Source of the DNA: Candidatus Thorarchaeota archaeon
GTDB taxonomy: Archaea; Asgardarchaeota; Thorarchaeia; Thorarchaeales; Thorarchaeaceae
Assembly (NCBI GenBank): GCA_029855935.1
Contig: JAGSHN010000004.1
Location: 96,001 to 160,000 of the forward strand
Reading direction: 5' to 3'
DNA: 64,000 nucleotides
The position numbers and the translations under genes were made by a program. The notes beneath the pieces were generated by a model. The model saw only the letters and a program-made list of their open reading frames with translations, had not been told where the DNA came from and did not search any database. Below are positions 18,899 to 29,263 of the stretch, in pieces (the stretch's first letter is position 1; every line of letters starts with the position of its first letter).

Positions 18899-21115
18899 AT
18901 GAGAGTAGAGGAACTGCCCCTTCATCACTCACTCTTGGCTGCTGTCAGAAACAGTGGAATCTCGACACTATTCCCACCACAGGAAGAGGCGTTTAGGAGC
19001 GGCGTCCTGGAAGGGGATAATCTTGTTTTGGCAGTTCCAACCAGCGCTGGGAAGACTTTGGTGGCAGAGGTTGCAATTCTGAAGTCCATATCTGAAGGTA
19101 GAGGACGCGCGCTGTATCTGGTTCCGCTAAGATCTCTCGCTAGGGAGAAGTATCTAGACTTCAACAAGTACGAGGAAATAGGGATTCGTGTTGCAATCTC
19201 AATAGGGGACTACGACTCTGCAGTTTCAGACCTACGCCAAGCGGACATAGTCGTGATGACGACGGAGCGGGCTGATGCCCTACTGCGTCACTATCCGGAC
19301 TATATGACGGGTGTTGGCATAGTGATTGTTGATGAGGTACATCTCATCAACGACACTCACCGCGGGCCAACGCTTGAAGTTCTTGTAGCAAAGATGCGTA
19401 GGCTGGCACCTCAGATTCAGATTGTGGCCCTGAGCGCGACCATATCCAATGCCGACGAGATAGCCAAATGGCTTGATGCTCGGCTTGTTCGAAGTGACTG
19501 GCGCCCTGTTCCTCTGGAGGAGGGCGTCGTCCTAGAAGGGGATATCTATTTTGCAAATGGAAGAGTCGAGTCCTTTCGGCGGAGAAGGTATGACGACGTA
19601 CTCGACCTGGTCATGGACACGCTGGACGGGGCAGGACAGATACTCATTTTCGTGTCGAGCCGACGGAATACGATGGCCCTTGCAAGAAGGGTTGCTCCTG
19701 TCGTCCGAACCTATCTTCAGGAAAGTGATGCGAGAACATTGGAGAAGATAGCACAACGGTTGGTCGCTCGCCCGTCGGTTTCCGAGACAACAGTAGCTTT
19801 GGCCAATGTCGTGAGAGGCGGCGCGGCATTCCATCATGCGGGGTTGACGAATAGCGAGCGTGCTGTAATAGAGGAGCTGTTCAAGGCCAATGCACTCAAG
19901 GCAATCGTCGCCACCCCTACGCTGGCTGCAGGTGTCAATCTTCCTGCGAGACGTGTCGTGATAAGGGACTATCGCCGCTATGAGGCTGACAGGGGAAACA
20001 GGCCCATCCCCGTGCTGGAGTACAAGCAGATGGCGGGGCGCGCTGGACGCCCAAGTTATGATGAGAGAGGGGAGGCACTGCTCATTGCCAAGACGCCAGA
20101 GGAATGCGATGGGCTGCTGGAGAGATACGTCCTCGCCGAAACCGAGAGGATTCGCTCTCGCCTAGCCGACCAAGATGTGTTGCAGTTTCATCTGCTTGCA
20201 ACAATAGCAAGCGGACTGACGCAGAAGCGCAGAGAGATAGACGATCTTGTGGCACAGACTTTCTACGGACACCAGTACAAGATTCATCAGATTGAGTACG
20301 AGATAGACTCGGCCATCGAGTTTCTCATAGCGGGGGAGCTCGTCAAACTTGATGGTCAGCAGTACCTTGCAACGCCGCTCGGAGAACGCGTGTCTCAGCT
20401 CTATATCGCACCAAGCACAGCACTCCTGTTCAGGGATTTGCTTGGCAAAAGGCGGGACATCACCGAGATTGGTGCGCTGCATATGCTATGTCACTCGCAA
20501 GACCAGCCCTTGGCATACGTCACACGGTCGGAGATTGATGAGTTAGAACTGTTTCTTGAAACCCACCTTGACGAGCTGTTACTCAGTCCACCGGATAGTT
20601 GGGATGAGGAGGAATATGGTCGATTCCTTGGTGAACTAAAGACTGCGCGCATTCTGATGAGCTGGATCTCAGAGGAAACAGAGAGATCGATCACAGAGCA
20701 ATTCAGTGTTGGCATGGGCGATGTGCACAGATTTGCACAGTCAGCGGAGTGGCTGGCATACTCGGCAAGCGAGATATCTCACTTGATTGGAGCATTTGAC
20801 CTAGTGAGGCCATTCCGGGAGCTCCAGTCGCGCCTGAAGTATGGAGTGCGCGCAGAACTCCTCCCTCTTGTCAGGCTGAGAGGTATAGGGCGGGTTCGTG
20901 GTCGAATGTTGTACCAACATGGCTTCAAGAGCGTGAGCAATCTTGTGGAGGCGTCTGTCGAGGCCATTGCGCGTGTGCCTGCAATAGGGACACGTGTAGC
21001 GGAGGCATTGAAGGCGCAGATCACAGAGTATGATTCAGCGGGTGGGAATGCTGCAGTGGAGATAGAGGATGGAGAGTTGTCGGACCTTCAGCTTTCTCTT
21101 GAGGACTTCCTGTGA
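18899..21115 (+). CDS. hel308: Ski2-like helicase Hel308/Hjm
   Basis: PTSAGKT, DEVH, SAT, TPTLAAGVNLPAR, QMAGRAGR, HhH RGIGRVRGR. Confidence 0.95.
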   Translation: MRVEELPLHHSLLAAVRNSGISTLFPPQEEAFRSGVLEGDNLVLAVPTSAGKTLVAEVAILKSISEGRGRALYLVPLRSLAREKYLDFNKYEEIGIRVAISIGDYDSAVSDLRQADIVVMTTERADALLRHYPDYMTGVGIVIVDEVHLINDTHRGPTLEVLVAKMRRLAPQIQIVALSATISNADEIAKWLDARLVRSDWRPVPLEEGVVLEGDIYFANGRVESFRRRRYDDVLDLVMDTLDGAGQILIFVSSRRNTMALARRVAPVVRTYLQESDARTLEKIAQRLVARPSVSETTVALANVVRGGAAFHHAGLTNSERAVIEELFKANALKAIVATPTLAAGVNLPARRVVIRDYRRYEADRGNRPIPVLEYKQMAGRAGRPSYDERGEALLIAKTPEECDGLLERYVLAETERIRSRLADQDVLQFHLLATIASGLTQKRREIDDLVAQTFYGHQYKIHQIEYEIDSAIEFLIAGELVKLDGQQYLATPLGERVSQLYIAPSTALLFRDLLGKRRDITEIGALHMLCHSQDQPLAYVTRSEIDELELFLETHLDELLLSPPDSWDEEEYGRFLGELKTARILMSWISEETERSITEQFSVGMGDVHRFAQSAEWLAYSASEISHLIGAFDLVRPFRELQSRLKYGVRAELLPLVRLRGIGRVRGRMLYQHGFKSVSNLVEASVEAIARVPAIGTRVAEALKAQITEYDSAGGNAAVEIEDGELSDLQLSLEDFL

Positions 21116-21118
21116 CTC

Positions 21119-22174
21119 TCAGAGCAGGATACCTTCCTGTCGGTCCTTTACACTCTCGATTGTTGCAAGTACGTAATCGATACATGTCTTGCTCTCACGA
21201 TACTCCTCTCTATGGCTCTGCGGCCTAGTACCTGCAAAACGCTCCACAAGGTCACGAGAGGCCTGGCCAACAACATCGAGGTTGTACCCGCCTTCAAGAA
21301 ATGCCACAAGATGGCCATCGGCGTAGTTGGAGGCGATTTCGCACAGATAGTTATTCATCATAGAGATATCATCGAGTGTGAGACCGAGATTCGTTAGCGG
21401 ATCTTCAAAGTGGCAGTCGAAGCCGACCGAGGCCAACACGAACTGAGGCCTGAACGAGGCCACGAGAGGGAGTATCACGTCCTCGAATGCATGCCTGTAG
21501 GAGGTGTGGCCTGCACCAGGATACATTGGTATGTTGACAGTGTAGCCATATCCTTTGCCACGCCCCATCTCATCAACAAACCCGCTCCCAGGGAATAGGG
21601 TGCGCCCATCCTGATGAAGTCCAATGTAGAGCACCTCATCGGAAGAGTAGAAGGCGTTCTGTGTGCCATTCCCGTGGTGGGCATCGTAGTCGATTATCAC
21701 CACGCGCTTCAACTGCCTACGTCGAACGAGGTGATTTGCAGCCACAGCGACGTTGTTAATGAAGCAGAAACCAAAAGCTCGATCATACTCCGCGTGATGA
21801 CCAGGAGGCCGGCATAGGACAAATGCATTCTCAGAAATCCCATCCAAAACACGATCCACGGCAACAAGACCGCCTCCTGCAGCGAATAGTGCCGCCTTGT
21901 ACGTGAACCTGTTGACCGATGTGTCGAGCGTGAAGAACCCACCGCCCCTCTCGGACATGCTCTTGAGTGACAGTAGGTACTCGTTACTGTGAAGTGAGAT
22001 GACCTCGTCCAGTGGAGCCTCCCTCGCCTCGATCAGTCGTATTGTTTCCCCATCGAAGACAGGAGATTGCCGAATCTCTGATAGTGCGGTCTGCAGTCGT
22101 TCGGGGCGTTCTGGATGTCCGACAGACATCTTGTGTTTGATAAAGTAGTCATGATAAATGATGTCCGTTGTCAT
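21119..22174 (-). CDS. Zn-dependent histone deacetylase family protein
   Basis: HPERPERL, RPPGHHA, GFCFINN, DAHHGNGT, GFDCH, EGGY. Confidence 0.95.
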   Translation of the reverse strand: MTTDIIYHDYFIKHKMSVGHPERPERLQTALSEIRQSPVFDGETIRLIEAREAPLDEVISLHSNEYLLSLKSMSERGGGFFTLDTSVNRFTYKAALFAAGGGLVAVDRVLDGISENAFVLCRPPGHHAEYDRAFGFCFINNVAVAANHLVRRRQLKRVVIIDYDAHHGNGTQNAFYSSDEVLYIGLHQDGRTLFPGSGFVDEMGRGKGYGYTVNIPMYPGAGHTSYRHAFEDVILPLVASFRPQFVLASVGFDCHFEDPLTNLGLTLDDISMMNNYLCEIASNYADGHLVAFLEGGYNLDVVGQASRDLVERFAGTRPQSHREEYRESKTCIDYVLATIESVKDRQEGILL

Positions 22175-22299
22175 TTGACCGACTCCTCGGGATTAGAGTA
22201 CTAGAACAAAACCATCTCTTCTTCGTTCATAGATAAGTCATTCACATCCCGAAAGCAATCTTTATCTTGGAACCAGCCGCGAAAGTATTACTGTAGAAT

Positions 22300-22405
22300 G
22301 GGTCGGTAGTCTAGCTTGGTATGATTCTTGCTTGGGGTGGCTCAAGTCATCGCTTGAGTCACAGATTGCAAGAGGTCGGGCGTTCAAGTCGCCCCCGGCC
22401 CACCA
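22300..22405 (+). tRNA. tRNA-Pro(GGG) with canonical 37/38 intron (22338-22366, 29 nt)
   Basis: GGGTCGG/CCGGCCC acceptor; CTTGC-TTGGGG^intron^T-GCAAG; intron hairpin GGCTCAAG/CTTGAGTC; BHB with one G.A mismatch; CCA encoded. Confidence 0.9.
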
Positions 22406-22493
22406 TCATCAATTTTCTTCCTCTGTTGCCAGTCGACTGTTCCAAGGTCTTGTGTTTCCAATAAGCGAACAGGCGTACCTAGGGTAGGAGTCA

Positions 22494-23054
22494 CTAGAGG
22501 GGAATCTCCCATAACGTTTCGTAGATTGGACCTGCGGGCGTTAGTGTGCTCTTTTTCATCCTTATGCAGGTGACAGACATAGTTCCAACAACCTCGTTCC
22601 TCAATGACTCTATGTTGCGAAGGAACCGGTCCCGGTCACGAACACTACGCACACGAGCAATGGTCAGATGAGTCTTGAACCTCTTGTCTGGAGGATAACC
22701 CAGATTTCCCAAGAGATCGTCTATCTGTGACTTTAGCGAAACCATCTTGTCGTGACCATCACTCACACCGACCCAGATCACTCGTGCACGGGTTAGCGTC
22801 GGGAATGCACCAACGCCCTCCATCCGTACTGCGAACGGCCTGGCTTGGAGCGACTGTAGACTATCACGGATTATGTCCGTCTTGGATAAGGGAGTATCCC
22901 CGAAGAATCGCAGGGTGAAATGCACATTCTGTATTTCGACCAACTTGAGCTTGGCGGCATGCTGATCAAGGCGGCTCTGAAGGTGATGAATCCTATCGCG
23001 TAGTGATGGTTCTTCAACATCGATGCTTAGAAAGGCTCGGACGGTGGAACTCAT
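22494..23054 (-). CDS. thpR: RNA 2',3'-cyclic phosphodiesterase (2H family)
   Basis: RAFLSID, HFTLRF and HLTIAR (two HxT motifs), STLTPAGPIY. Confidence 0.93.
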   Translation of the reverse strand: MSSTVRAFLSIDVEEPSLRDRIHHLQSRLDQHAAKLKLVEIQNVHFTLRFFGDTPLSKTDIIRDSLQSLQARPFAVRMEGVGAFPTLTRARVIWVGVSDGHDKMVSLKSQIDDLLGNLGYPPDKRFKTHLTIARVRSVRDRDRFLRNIESLRNEVVGTMSVTCIRMKKSTLTPAGPIYETLWEIPL

Positions 23055-23195
23055 CGCAATCACATGGACTCCATTTGGGGTGGCATTCAACTTCAATGTG
23101 CCGACCCACAGATGATGTAGTACGTATGTGAAACGTTACAGTTCGCTAGTCTTAAAGGCACACACCTGAGGAATTGACAGTCGAAGGGTTTCAAG

Positions 23196-24323
23196 TTGAC
23201 AAGAAAGGAGTCAGGTGTCGATCTACCGGCCTCCACAAGGGGCACCGTGAAGAAGTCATCTCGGAGAGGGAGGGCGGAAACGTACGGTGCAAGGAGAGTA
23301 GTGTTGCGGCCGATTGGGTATCCGTTTAGACTGAGGGGGGACCCTCAGCCATCAGGGATAGAAATAGATGACGATGGACTCTTTCAGGACTATGCACGCG
23401 AGCAGTGGATTGGAAGCGTCGTGAGAAAGGGGATGTACCTCTTTGACCGTTACGTTATGCCAGACTTCGCCTTTCACGTTCTTGATGTTGTTCCCGAGGG
23501 GTCTGTGATAACGAGGGACACGGAGATAGTGCTGCAGAATGGGCGAAGTGGTAAGCCAAATGCCTCCTTGAAACCAGTGCCGTTTGAAGATATCATCGGA
23601 CACGACGATGTGAAGTCCAAATGTCAAATCATTCTTCGATACCTGAACGACCCGACATTATATGAGGAGTGGGCTCCGCGTGCCGTCCTTTTCTATGGTC
23701 CACCTGGCACAGGAAAGACTATGACAGCTGTTGCCCTCGCCAGTAAGGCCAAGGCTAATGTTATCATCGTAAAAGCACCGGACCTCATAGGCGCCCATGT
23801 GGGCGACGGAGCAAGACGCATAGCAGCTGTCTTCGATGAGGCAAGAGGAGCGGCACCAAGCATCGTGTTCATAGACGAGATTGATGCTATTGCACTCCAT
23901 AGATCATTTCAGTCAGTCCGTGGAGACGTATCGGAGATAGTCACGACACTGCTGGGAGAGATCGACCGGACTGTAGATGATGTGCCAGTGGTGGTCATTG
24001 CTGCAACTAATGCAATTGAACTGTTGGATCCCGCAGTGAGAAGTAGATTTGACGCCGCCTTTGAGTTCCGGCTACCAACAGATGAAGAGAGATACCAGAT
24101 TCTTGAGATGTATGCCTCTCGCCTGCCCCTGCCTGTGAGGGCGGACCTCAAGCTCATAGCAAGGAGATCACATGGACTATCGGGACGCGACCTTCGCAAC
24201 CGCCTTCTAAAGGAGGCGTTCCATCTTGCCGTTGTTGAGGGACTGGATCACGTTCCAGCACGAATCTTGATGTCAGTACTTCAAAAGATAATGTCGAGGA
24301 AACGACCAGACTATGTCTTGTAA
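23196..24323 (+). CDS. AAA+ ATPase (archaeal COG1223-type)
   Basis: YAREQW N-domain, GPPGTGKT, FIDEID, AATN, DPAVRSRF. Confidence 0.9.
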   Translation: MTRKESGVDLPASTRGTVKKSSRRGRAETYGARRVVLRPIGYPFRLRGDPQPSGIEIDDDGLFQDYAREQWIGSVVRKGMYLFDRYVMPDFAFHVLDVVPEGSVITRDTEIVLQNGRSGKPNASLKPVPFEDIIGHDDVKSKCQIILRYLNDPTLYEEWAPRAVLFYGPPGTGKTMTAVALASKAKANVIIVKAPDLIGAHVGDGARRIAAVFDEARGAAPSIVFIDEIDAIALHRSFQSVRGDVSEIVTTLLGEIDRTVDDVPVVVIAATNAIELLDPAVRSRFDAAFEFRLPTDEERYQILEMYASRLPLPVRADLKLIARRSHGLSGRDLRNRLLKEAFHLAVVEGLDHVPARILMSVLQKIMSRKRPDYVL

Positions 24324-24347
24324 AGGAGGCACAGGAGAACGCACAGA

Positions 24348-24908
24348 ATGAGAGTGATAATAGTGACTGGCATGCCCGGCTCTGGAAAGAGTGAGGCCGC
24401 GCGTCTGCTAAACGAGGAATACGGCATCCCCATCGTTGTGATGGGCGATGTTGTCCGCGACGTCATTCGTGAGAGGGGGCTGGAGCCGACACCTGAGCTC
24501 ACGAGGGAAACTATGCTGCGTCTGCGGGAGGAGGATGGCCCGGGCGCCATTGCAATGAGATGTCTGGACAAACTCCGTGACTGTGGTTCCGATGTGGTTG
24601 TCATCGAGGGCTGCAGAAGCTTGGCCGAGGTGGAGGTATTTGAGAGAGAGGCGCGGACGATCACAATCGTATGTATTCATTCATCACCCACGACCAGATT
24701 CACGCGACTGAAACTCAGAGGCAGATCCGATGCTCCGCTGGACTACCAATCGTTCCGTAGACGGGATCTGACGGAGTTGTCAGTGGGCATCGGGGGGGTG
24801 ATAGCGCTCGCAGACTTCATGATAGTCAATGAGGGCACACTCGAAGAATTCTGTGCACGAGTACGACAGATTGCGGAGAGGATACTTGGAAATGAGGGTT
24901 GTTGTTGA
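24348..24908 (+). CDS. P-loop nucleotide kinase (UPF0200 / dephospho-CoA kinase-like)
   Basis: GMPGSGKS, MGDVVR, RGRSD, RRDLTEL. Confidence 0.85.
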   Translation: MRVIIVTGMPGSGKSEAARLLNEEYGIPIVVMGDVVRDVIRERGLEPTPELTRETMLRLREEDGPGAIAMRCLDKLRDCGSDVVVIEGCRSLAEVEVFEREARTITIVCIHSSPTTRFTRLKLRGRSDAPLDYQSFRRRDLTELSVGIGGVIALADFMIVNEGTLEEFCARVRQIAERILGNEGCC

Positions 24909-25302
24909 TTGTCCCACGTATCCAACCGAGGATCCAGAAAAGGTCCTCTTGGCGGTCACAAGCCTCTTTCCAGACTTAGAGTTCAGACCCACCGAGAACG
25001 GCGTACGAGCCGAGACAAGCGGGAGAAGCGGTCTCGAGTGGCTCCGGTCGAGAATCTTCGAACGACGTATAATCGACGCCACTCGCGCTCGTCTCTACTC
25101 AAACGCTGACGATGATCACACCAGACTTCACCTTGACAAACAGGCCGGACTGCACGGCCGCGTACGCATAGTTGATGAGTTCGAGGAGGAACCCCCGCTC
25201 GGAACCATTGTGGTAGACTTCTTCTTTGAGTCCACGAGAGAGATGGAGGAGTTCATCAAGTGGATTGCTCCACCCACAGAAGATGGACGCGCGTTAATCT
25301 AG
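24892..25302 (+). CDS. UPF0201/DUF54 RNA-binding protein
   Basis: YPTEDPEKV, LDKQA, PPLGTI; follows UPF0200. Confidence 0.82.
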   Translation: MRVVVDCPTYPTEDPEKVLLAVTSLFPDLEFRPTENGVRAETSGRSGLEWLRSRIFERRIIDATRARLYSNADDDHTRLHLDKQAGLHGRVRIVDEFEEEPPLGTIVVDFFFESTREMEEFIKWIAPPTEDGRALI

Positions 25303-26309
25303 TGATGTTGAACCACAAAGATCTCTCTTGTCAGTGCAGCATGGACACGGACCTCCACCTGAACCTCAATGGATAGAGCATGTCTGCGAATCATCTCTTC
25401 CGCCCGCATCCTGCTATCAGTACAGAGGCACATTCGCCCCCCAGCACGTAGGAGCGATGACAGTTGGCTCAACAGGGAGTCCACTAGCAGTCGTGCGTGC
25501 TCGCCCCTTGTCGAGCTTACTCGGCCATAGGGAGGGTCGGTGACTATCGAGTCACATTGAGCCAAGGGAATCTGTCGCGCGTCCCCCTGAATCAGAGAGA
25601 AGTCCACTCCACCCGTGTCTGACAAGTTGGCACGTGCACCTTGAAGCAGTTTCCAATTGATTTCAAGACCGATCACGCGTGCCCCAAGGTCAGCCGCCTC
25701 ACAGAGGATTCCTCCAGCCCCACAGAATGGGTCAAGAACCACATTGCCAGGGAGAAGACGCGCAAGATTGCACATTGCACGAGCAAGTGGGGCATTCATG
25801 ATTGATGGGTGAAAAAAGGGGCGCTTGCGCGACTTTCGCAGCATTACTTCTCTACGGGTCACGGAGCGCTGGAGGTCCCCCAAGAGGAGTGTGCCATTGC
25901 AGTCGATTGCCAACAGGGGCAGGTCGGGACTGTCTAGATTAACTCGTAGGCCAGTATTGCGCTTCACAACGGCTCCAACCTCTACGGCCAGCTCGCGACC
26001 AGAGGACCGTGGTTGACTGACGATGAAGCCTCTCAGTGCAAACGACCTTGCATTACCCAGAAACTCTGACAACGTGACAAGTCGAAGGTCCTCCGGTCTG
26101 TCGGCCTCTTCAAAGATTCTACCAGTGACCTGAAGAAATGCAGCTCGATGCAGAAGCGGTACTGTGACATCAATCTTGCTGTTAATCAGACACAGTCGCC
26201 CGCACCAGCTTGTATCGGCGGAAGGGTCGTAAGTATGTACGATTGACTCAACTTCGGCTCTTGCAAGGTCAGGTAGTTCCCCACTCACAATGGCGTACTG
26301 TCTTCTCAA
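25299..26309 (-). CDS. THUMP-domain tRNA (guanine-10-N2) methyltransferase (Trm11/TIGR01177-like)
   Basis: RPFFHPS, LDPFCGAGG, VTDPPYG, RVHAALTR. Confidence 0.9.
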   Translation of the reverse strand: MRRQYAIVSGELPDLARAEVESIVHTYDPSADTSWCGRLCLINSKIDVTVPLLHRAAFLQVTGRIFEEADRPEDLRLVTLSEFLGNARSFALRGFIVSQPRSSGRELAVEVGAVVKRNTGLRVNLDSPDLPLLAIDCNGTLLLGDLQRSVTRREVMLRKSRKRPFFHPSIMNAPLARAMCNLARLLPGNVVLDPFCGAGGILCEAADLGARVIGLEINWKLLQGARANLSDTGGVDFSLIQGDARQIPLAQCDSIVTDPPYGRVSSTRGEHARLLVDSLLSQLSSLLRAGGRMCLCTDSRMRAEEMIRRHALSIEVQVEVRVHAALTREIFVVQHH

Positions 26310-26319
26310 TGCAATCAGC

Positions 26320-27084
26320 TCATCGGACGAGATTGTCGCCAGCAAGAAAGATACGCTGCATAGCACCGTAGAGATGGCCAATGCCAGTCATCTGCTTTGC
26401 AGATACTGGAAGAAGGACGGGGCCGCCTCCTAGGTCCTGTAGCATCCTCAGAATTGCTGTGGCATACTCCCTGTTAAGCCCTCTCGAAGACTCCAGCAAT
26501 GCCTCCTCCAGGACATACGGATCCTCAGACCAAGACACTATCTCTTCGACTTTGTCATCTGACAGGATGTCAGACTTGCTTAACAGGTTGAGCTGGGGCA
26601 ACCCAAAACGGAGATTGATAGACAGGCCCAGCAGCATCGATGATAGATATCCCTCGGGAGTGCGGGCAATATTGGCATCAAGAAGATGCAGTGTGAGAGA
26701 TGGCTCACGCTCGGCAATGGACGACACCATCAGAGGGCCAGAGTTGCGATAGGCGAACAGCTCCATCTGGCCCGGACAGTCAACAATCGCGTAGTCCACA
26801 CCCGTTTCAAAGACCTCATCACGTAGGTCCTGCACATGGTTCACAGCCATATCCAATGCGGCCACCAGACCACCATTAGGACCAAGACCGAAAGTGCGGA
26901 CTATCTCGTCATAGTCAACATACTCGCGTATATCCACATCACTGGTATAGGGGGGGCTGTCCACCCCGGGATCCAAGTTCACAATTGCAACGCTCAGCTC
27001 CATTCCGAGGAGCCACTTTTCCAGGGACGCGGTAAGTAGCGACTTTCCCGAACCAGCTGTACCAACCACAAATGTGAAGAACAT
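26320..27084 (-). CDS. GPN-loop GTPase
   Basis: GTAGSGKS, NLDPG, LGPNGG, DCPGQMELF, SKSD. Confidence 0.95.
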   Translation of the reverse strand: MFFTFVVGTAGSGKSLLTASLEKWLLGMELSVAIVNLDPGVDSPPYTSDVDIREYVDYDEIVRTFGLGPNGGLVAALDMAVNHVQDLRDEVFETGVDYAIVDCPGQMELFAYRNSGPLMVSSIAEREPSLTLHLLDANIARTPEGYLSSMLLGLSINLRFGLPQLNLLSKSDILSDDKVEEIVSWSEDPYVLEEALLESSRGLNREYATAILRMLQDLGGGPVLLPVSAKQMTGIGHLYGAMQRIFLAGDNLVR

Positions 27085-27192
27085 GGCACTCTGATGGTTT
27101 CAGACCAACAATTCGCTCTTAGATGCTTCGGACCAGACGGCGCTGGCAGTTGGAGAGAAAGGCATAACAGACAGTCGGACTGTGTGACTGCT

Positions 27193-27942
27193 ATGGTGAG
27201 AGGCGAAACGCTCAGGCGCCTTGCCGAGATAATGGCAGGAGACATCTGCTTGGCAGACGAGGATCCAGGAACCGTGATGAAACGATGGCGAGAGCGTTTT
27301 CATGTATCTCAGAAGGACCTTGCAAGGCAACTTGGTGTTTCCCCCTCCGTGATTAGTGACTATGAGAGCGGGCGAAGAAAGTCCCCACGTGTCGAAACCA
27401 TAAAGAGATTTGTCGAGGGTCTCCTTGAGATAGATGCCGCAAACGGTGGGCGTGTCGCAGCGGCAATGGAGAAGCTAGTGACGCCGGCAATCGCATCCGA
27501 CGCGATCCTAGATAGCCGAGAGTTCCGGGTGCCCGTGTTGGCACGGCTCTTTGTCGATTGGCTCAGATGCCGGGTGTTGACACATGCCCCCCTGCTAGAA
27601 AGAGAGATTTATGGCTATACGGCCCTCGACAGCATTAAGGCAATAGTTTCACTTAGCCCTAAGCAACTCCTGAGATTGTATGGAGGCACAACACGTAGAG
27701 CGGCCGTACTCACGAACGTGTCAACGGGCCGGTCTCCGATGGTGGCCATAAAGGCGAGCCAGATAGGAACATCGACAGCTGTGAAACCCGCAGTGGTCAT
27801 ACTACAGGGGGTGAAAGAGCTCGATCCACTGGCTGTCAAGATCGCAGATGGAATTCACGTTCCGCTCTGCGTTTCGGACATTCCAACACAAGAGGAGCTG
27901 GTTCGGCGATTGCGAGGATTTGACCCTATTGAGCGGAGGTAG
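27193..27942 (+). CDS. XRE-type HTH transcriptional regulator (COG1709-like)
   Basis: SQKDLA..SPSVISDYESGRRKSP, IYGYT, STGRSPMVA. Confidence 0.88.
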   Translation: MVRGETLRRLAEIMAGDICLADEDPGTVMKRWRERFHVSQKDLARQLGVSPSVISDYESGRRKSPRVETIKRFVEGLLEIDAANGGRVAAAMEKLVTPAIASDAILDSREFRVPVLARLFVDWLRCRVLTHAPLLEREIYGYTALDSIKAIVSLSPKQLLRLYGGTTRRAAVLTNVSTGRSPMVAIKASQIGTSTAVKPAVVILQGVKELDPLAVKIADGIHVPLCVSDIPTQEELVRRLRGFDPIERR

Positions 27943-27947
27943 AAGAA

Positions 27948-29246
27948 TTGTTGGAACAGGCGATTGAAATAAACGACCCTATTCTTGGATTCATAGGAGT
28001 TACCGAGCTCGAAAAGAGAGTTATCGACTCGGAGCCATATCAACGGCTTCGTAGAATCAAGCAACTCTCTGGGGGGCATTTTGTATATCCTACTGCCGAA
28101 CATACGAGATTTGGCCACTGCCTCGGAGCTATGCATCTTGCATCTCGCCTGGGCGAGAAACTGTTGCCACACCTAGGTCTTGGAGATGACGATCTGCAGG
28201 AAGTTCGCGTGGCAAGCCTCCTCCACGACATTGGTCACGGGCCGTTCAGCCACGTCTTTGAGGAAGTTCTACTAGAGCATAGAGGAATGAATCATGAGGA
28301 TATGACCGAGTGGATAATCGAGGAGAGTGTAGTCGGGGATTTATTGAGTGATTTTGGGATAGTGCCCTCTCGAGTTGCTGATTTGGTTCGAGGAAGAAGG
28401 AAGAAGAAAGTGGATGCAGTCTTGGCGGGCATTGTAGCTGGGCAAATCGATGCGGACAAGATGGACTATCTCGTTCGAGATTCCTTCTACTGCGGGGTTA
28501 ATTACGGGCTCATTGACCAAGACAGGCTCTTGGACAATGTTGAGATAGGAGAGGACTATGCTATGGAGTTCTCCCTTGCCACTAGGGGCACCCTAGAGGC
28601 ATTTCTCGTGGCACGCTATGAGATGTTCATGAATGTCTACTACCACAAGACTGTGCGGAGTGTTGAGGTGATGCTCGTCAAGCTGATGACGGCGGCAAAC
28701 GATGTCTTGCAGTTGGTCGACTTTGGGAGCCCTGAGGAGTTTCTGAAACTGGACGACATCTCTGTAGTGTCGAGAATCAGAAAAGTCGATCCATCTGAGT
28801 CCGCCGAGGCGGCGGAAGCCTTGGAGATGGTCAGGCGGTTAGACTCACGCGTCCTCTACAAGCCAGCATTTGAGAAGATCCTTTACACTGGGGACAAGTT
28901 TGTTTCCAAACTGCTCACGAAACGAAAAGTGAGAGAAACCATCGAGGAAGAGATAGCGGAAGAGGCGCATGTCCCACGGGAGGAGGTGATAGTTGATGTT
29001 CCAACACTGCCGTCCGTTCCGCACAACCCCCACCAAGAGGACCCAATGGAGATCTATATTTTCGAGATTGTGGAGGGTGAGAAGAAGCGGAGAAATCTCT
29101 CAGAGTTGTCCAACATAGCAGAGATGATGAAGGGATACCTTGATGTGATACGTGTCTATACACATGCCAAATATAGAAGAAGGGTTGAGCGGGCTGCACG
29201 GGCGGTCTTCAAGGGAGTGCCCGCGAGCGCAGAGATTCATATGTGA
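27948..29246 (+). CDS. HD-domain dNTP triphosphohydrolase-like protein (SAMHD1/COG1078)
   Basis: QRLRRIKQL, HTRFGHCLG, LLHDIGHGPFSH, DADKMDYLVRD, VYYHK. Confidence 0.92.
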   Translation: MLEQAIEINDPILGFIGVTELEKRVIDSEPYQRLRRIKQLSGGHFVYPTAEHTRFGHCLGAMHLASRLGEKLLPHLGLGDDDLQEVRVASLLHDIGHGPFSHVFEEVLLEHRGMNHEDMTEWIIEESVVGDLLSDFGIVPSRVADLVRGRRKKKVDAVLAGIVAGQIDADKMDYLVRDSFYCGVNYGLIDQDRLLDNVEIGEDYAMEFSLATRGTLEAFLVARYEMFMNVYYHKTVRSVEVMLVKLMTAANDVLQLVDFGSPEEFLKLDDISVVSRIRKVDPSESAEAAEALEMVRRLDSRVLYKPAFEKILYTGDKFVSKLLTKRKVRETIEEEIAEEAHVPREEVIVDVPTLPSVPHNPHQEDPMEIYIFEIVEGEKKRRNLSELSNIAEMMKGYLDVIRVYTHAKYRRRVERAARAVFKGVPASAEIHM

Positions 29247-29263
29247 TGAGGCGAGCGAGTTTT

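Noticed and set aside
23110-23170. Box C/D sRNA (ATGATG...CTGA)
   Set aside because: Box C is imperfect, there are no clear C'/D' boxes, and the region overlaps a probable divergent promoter.
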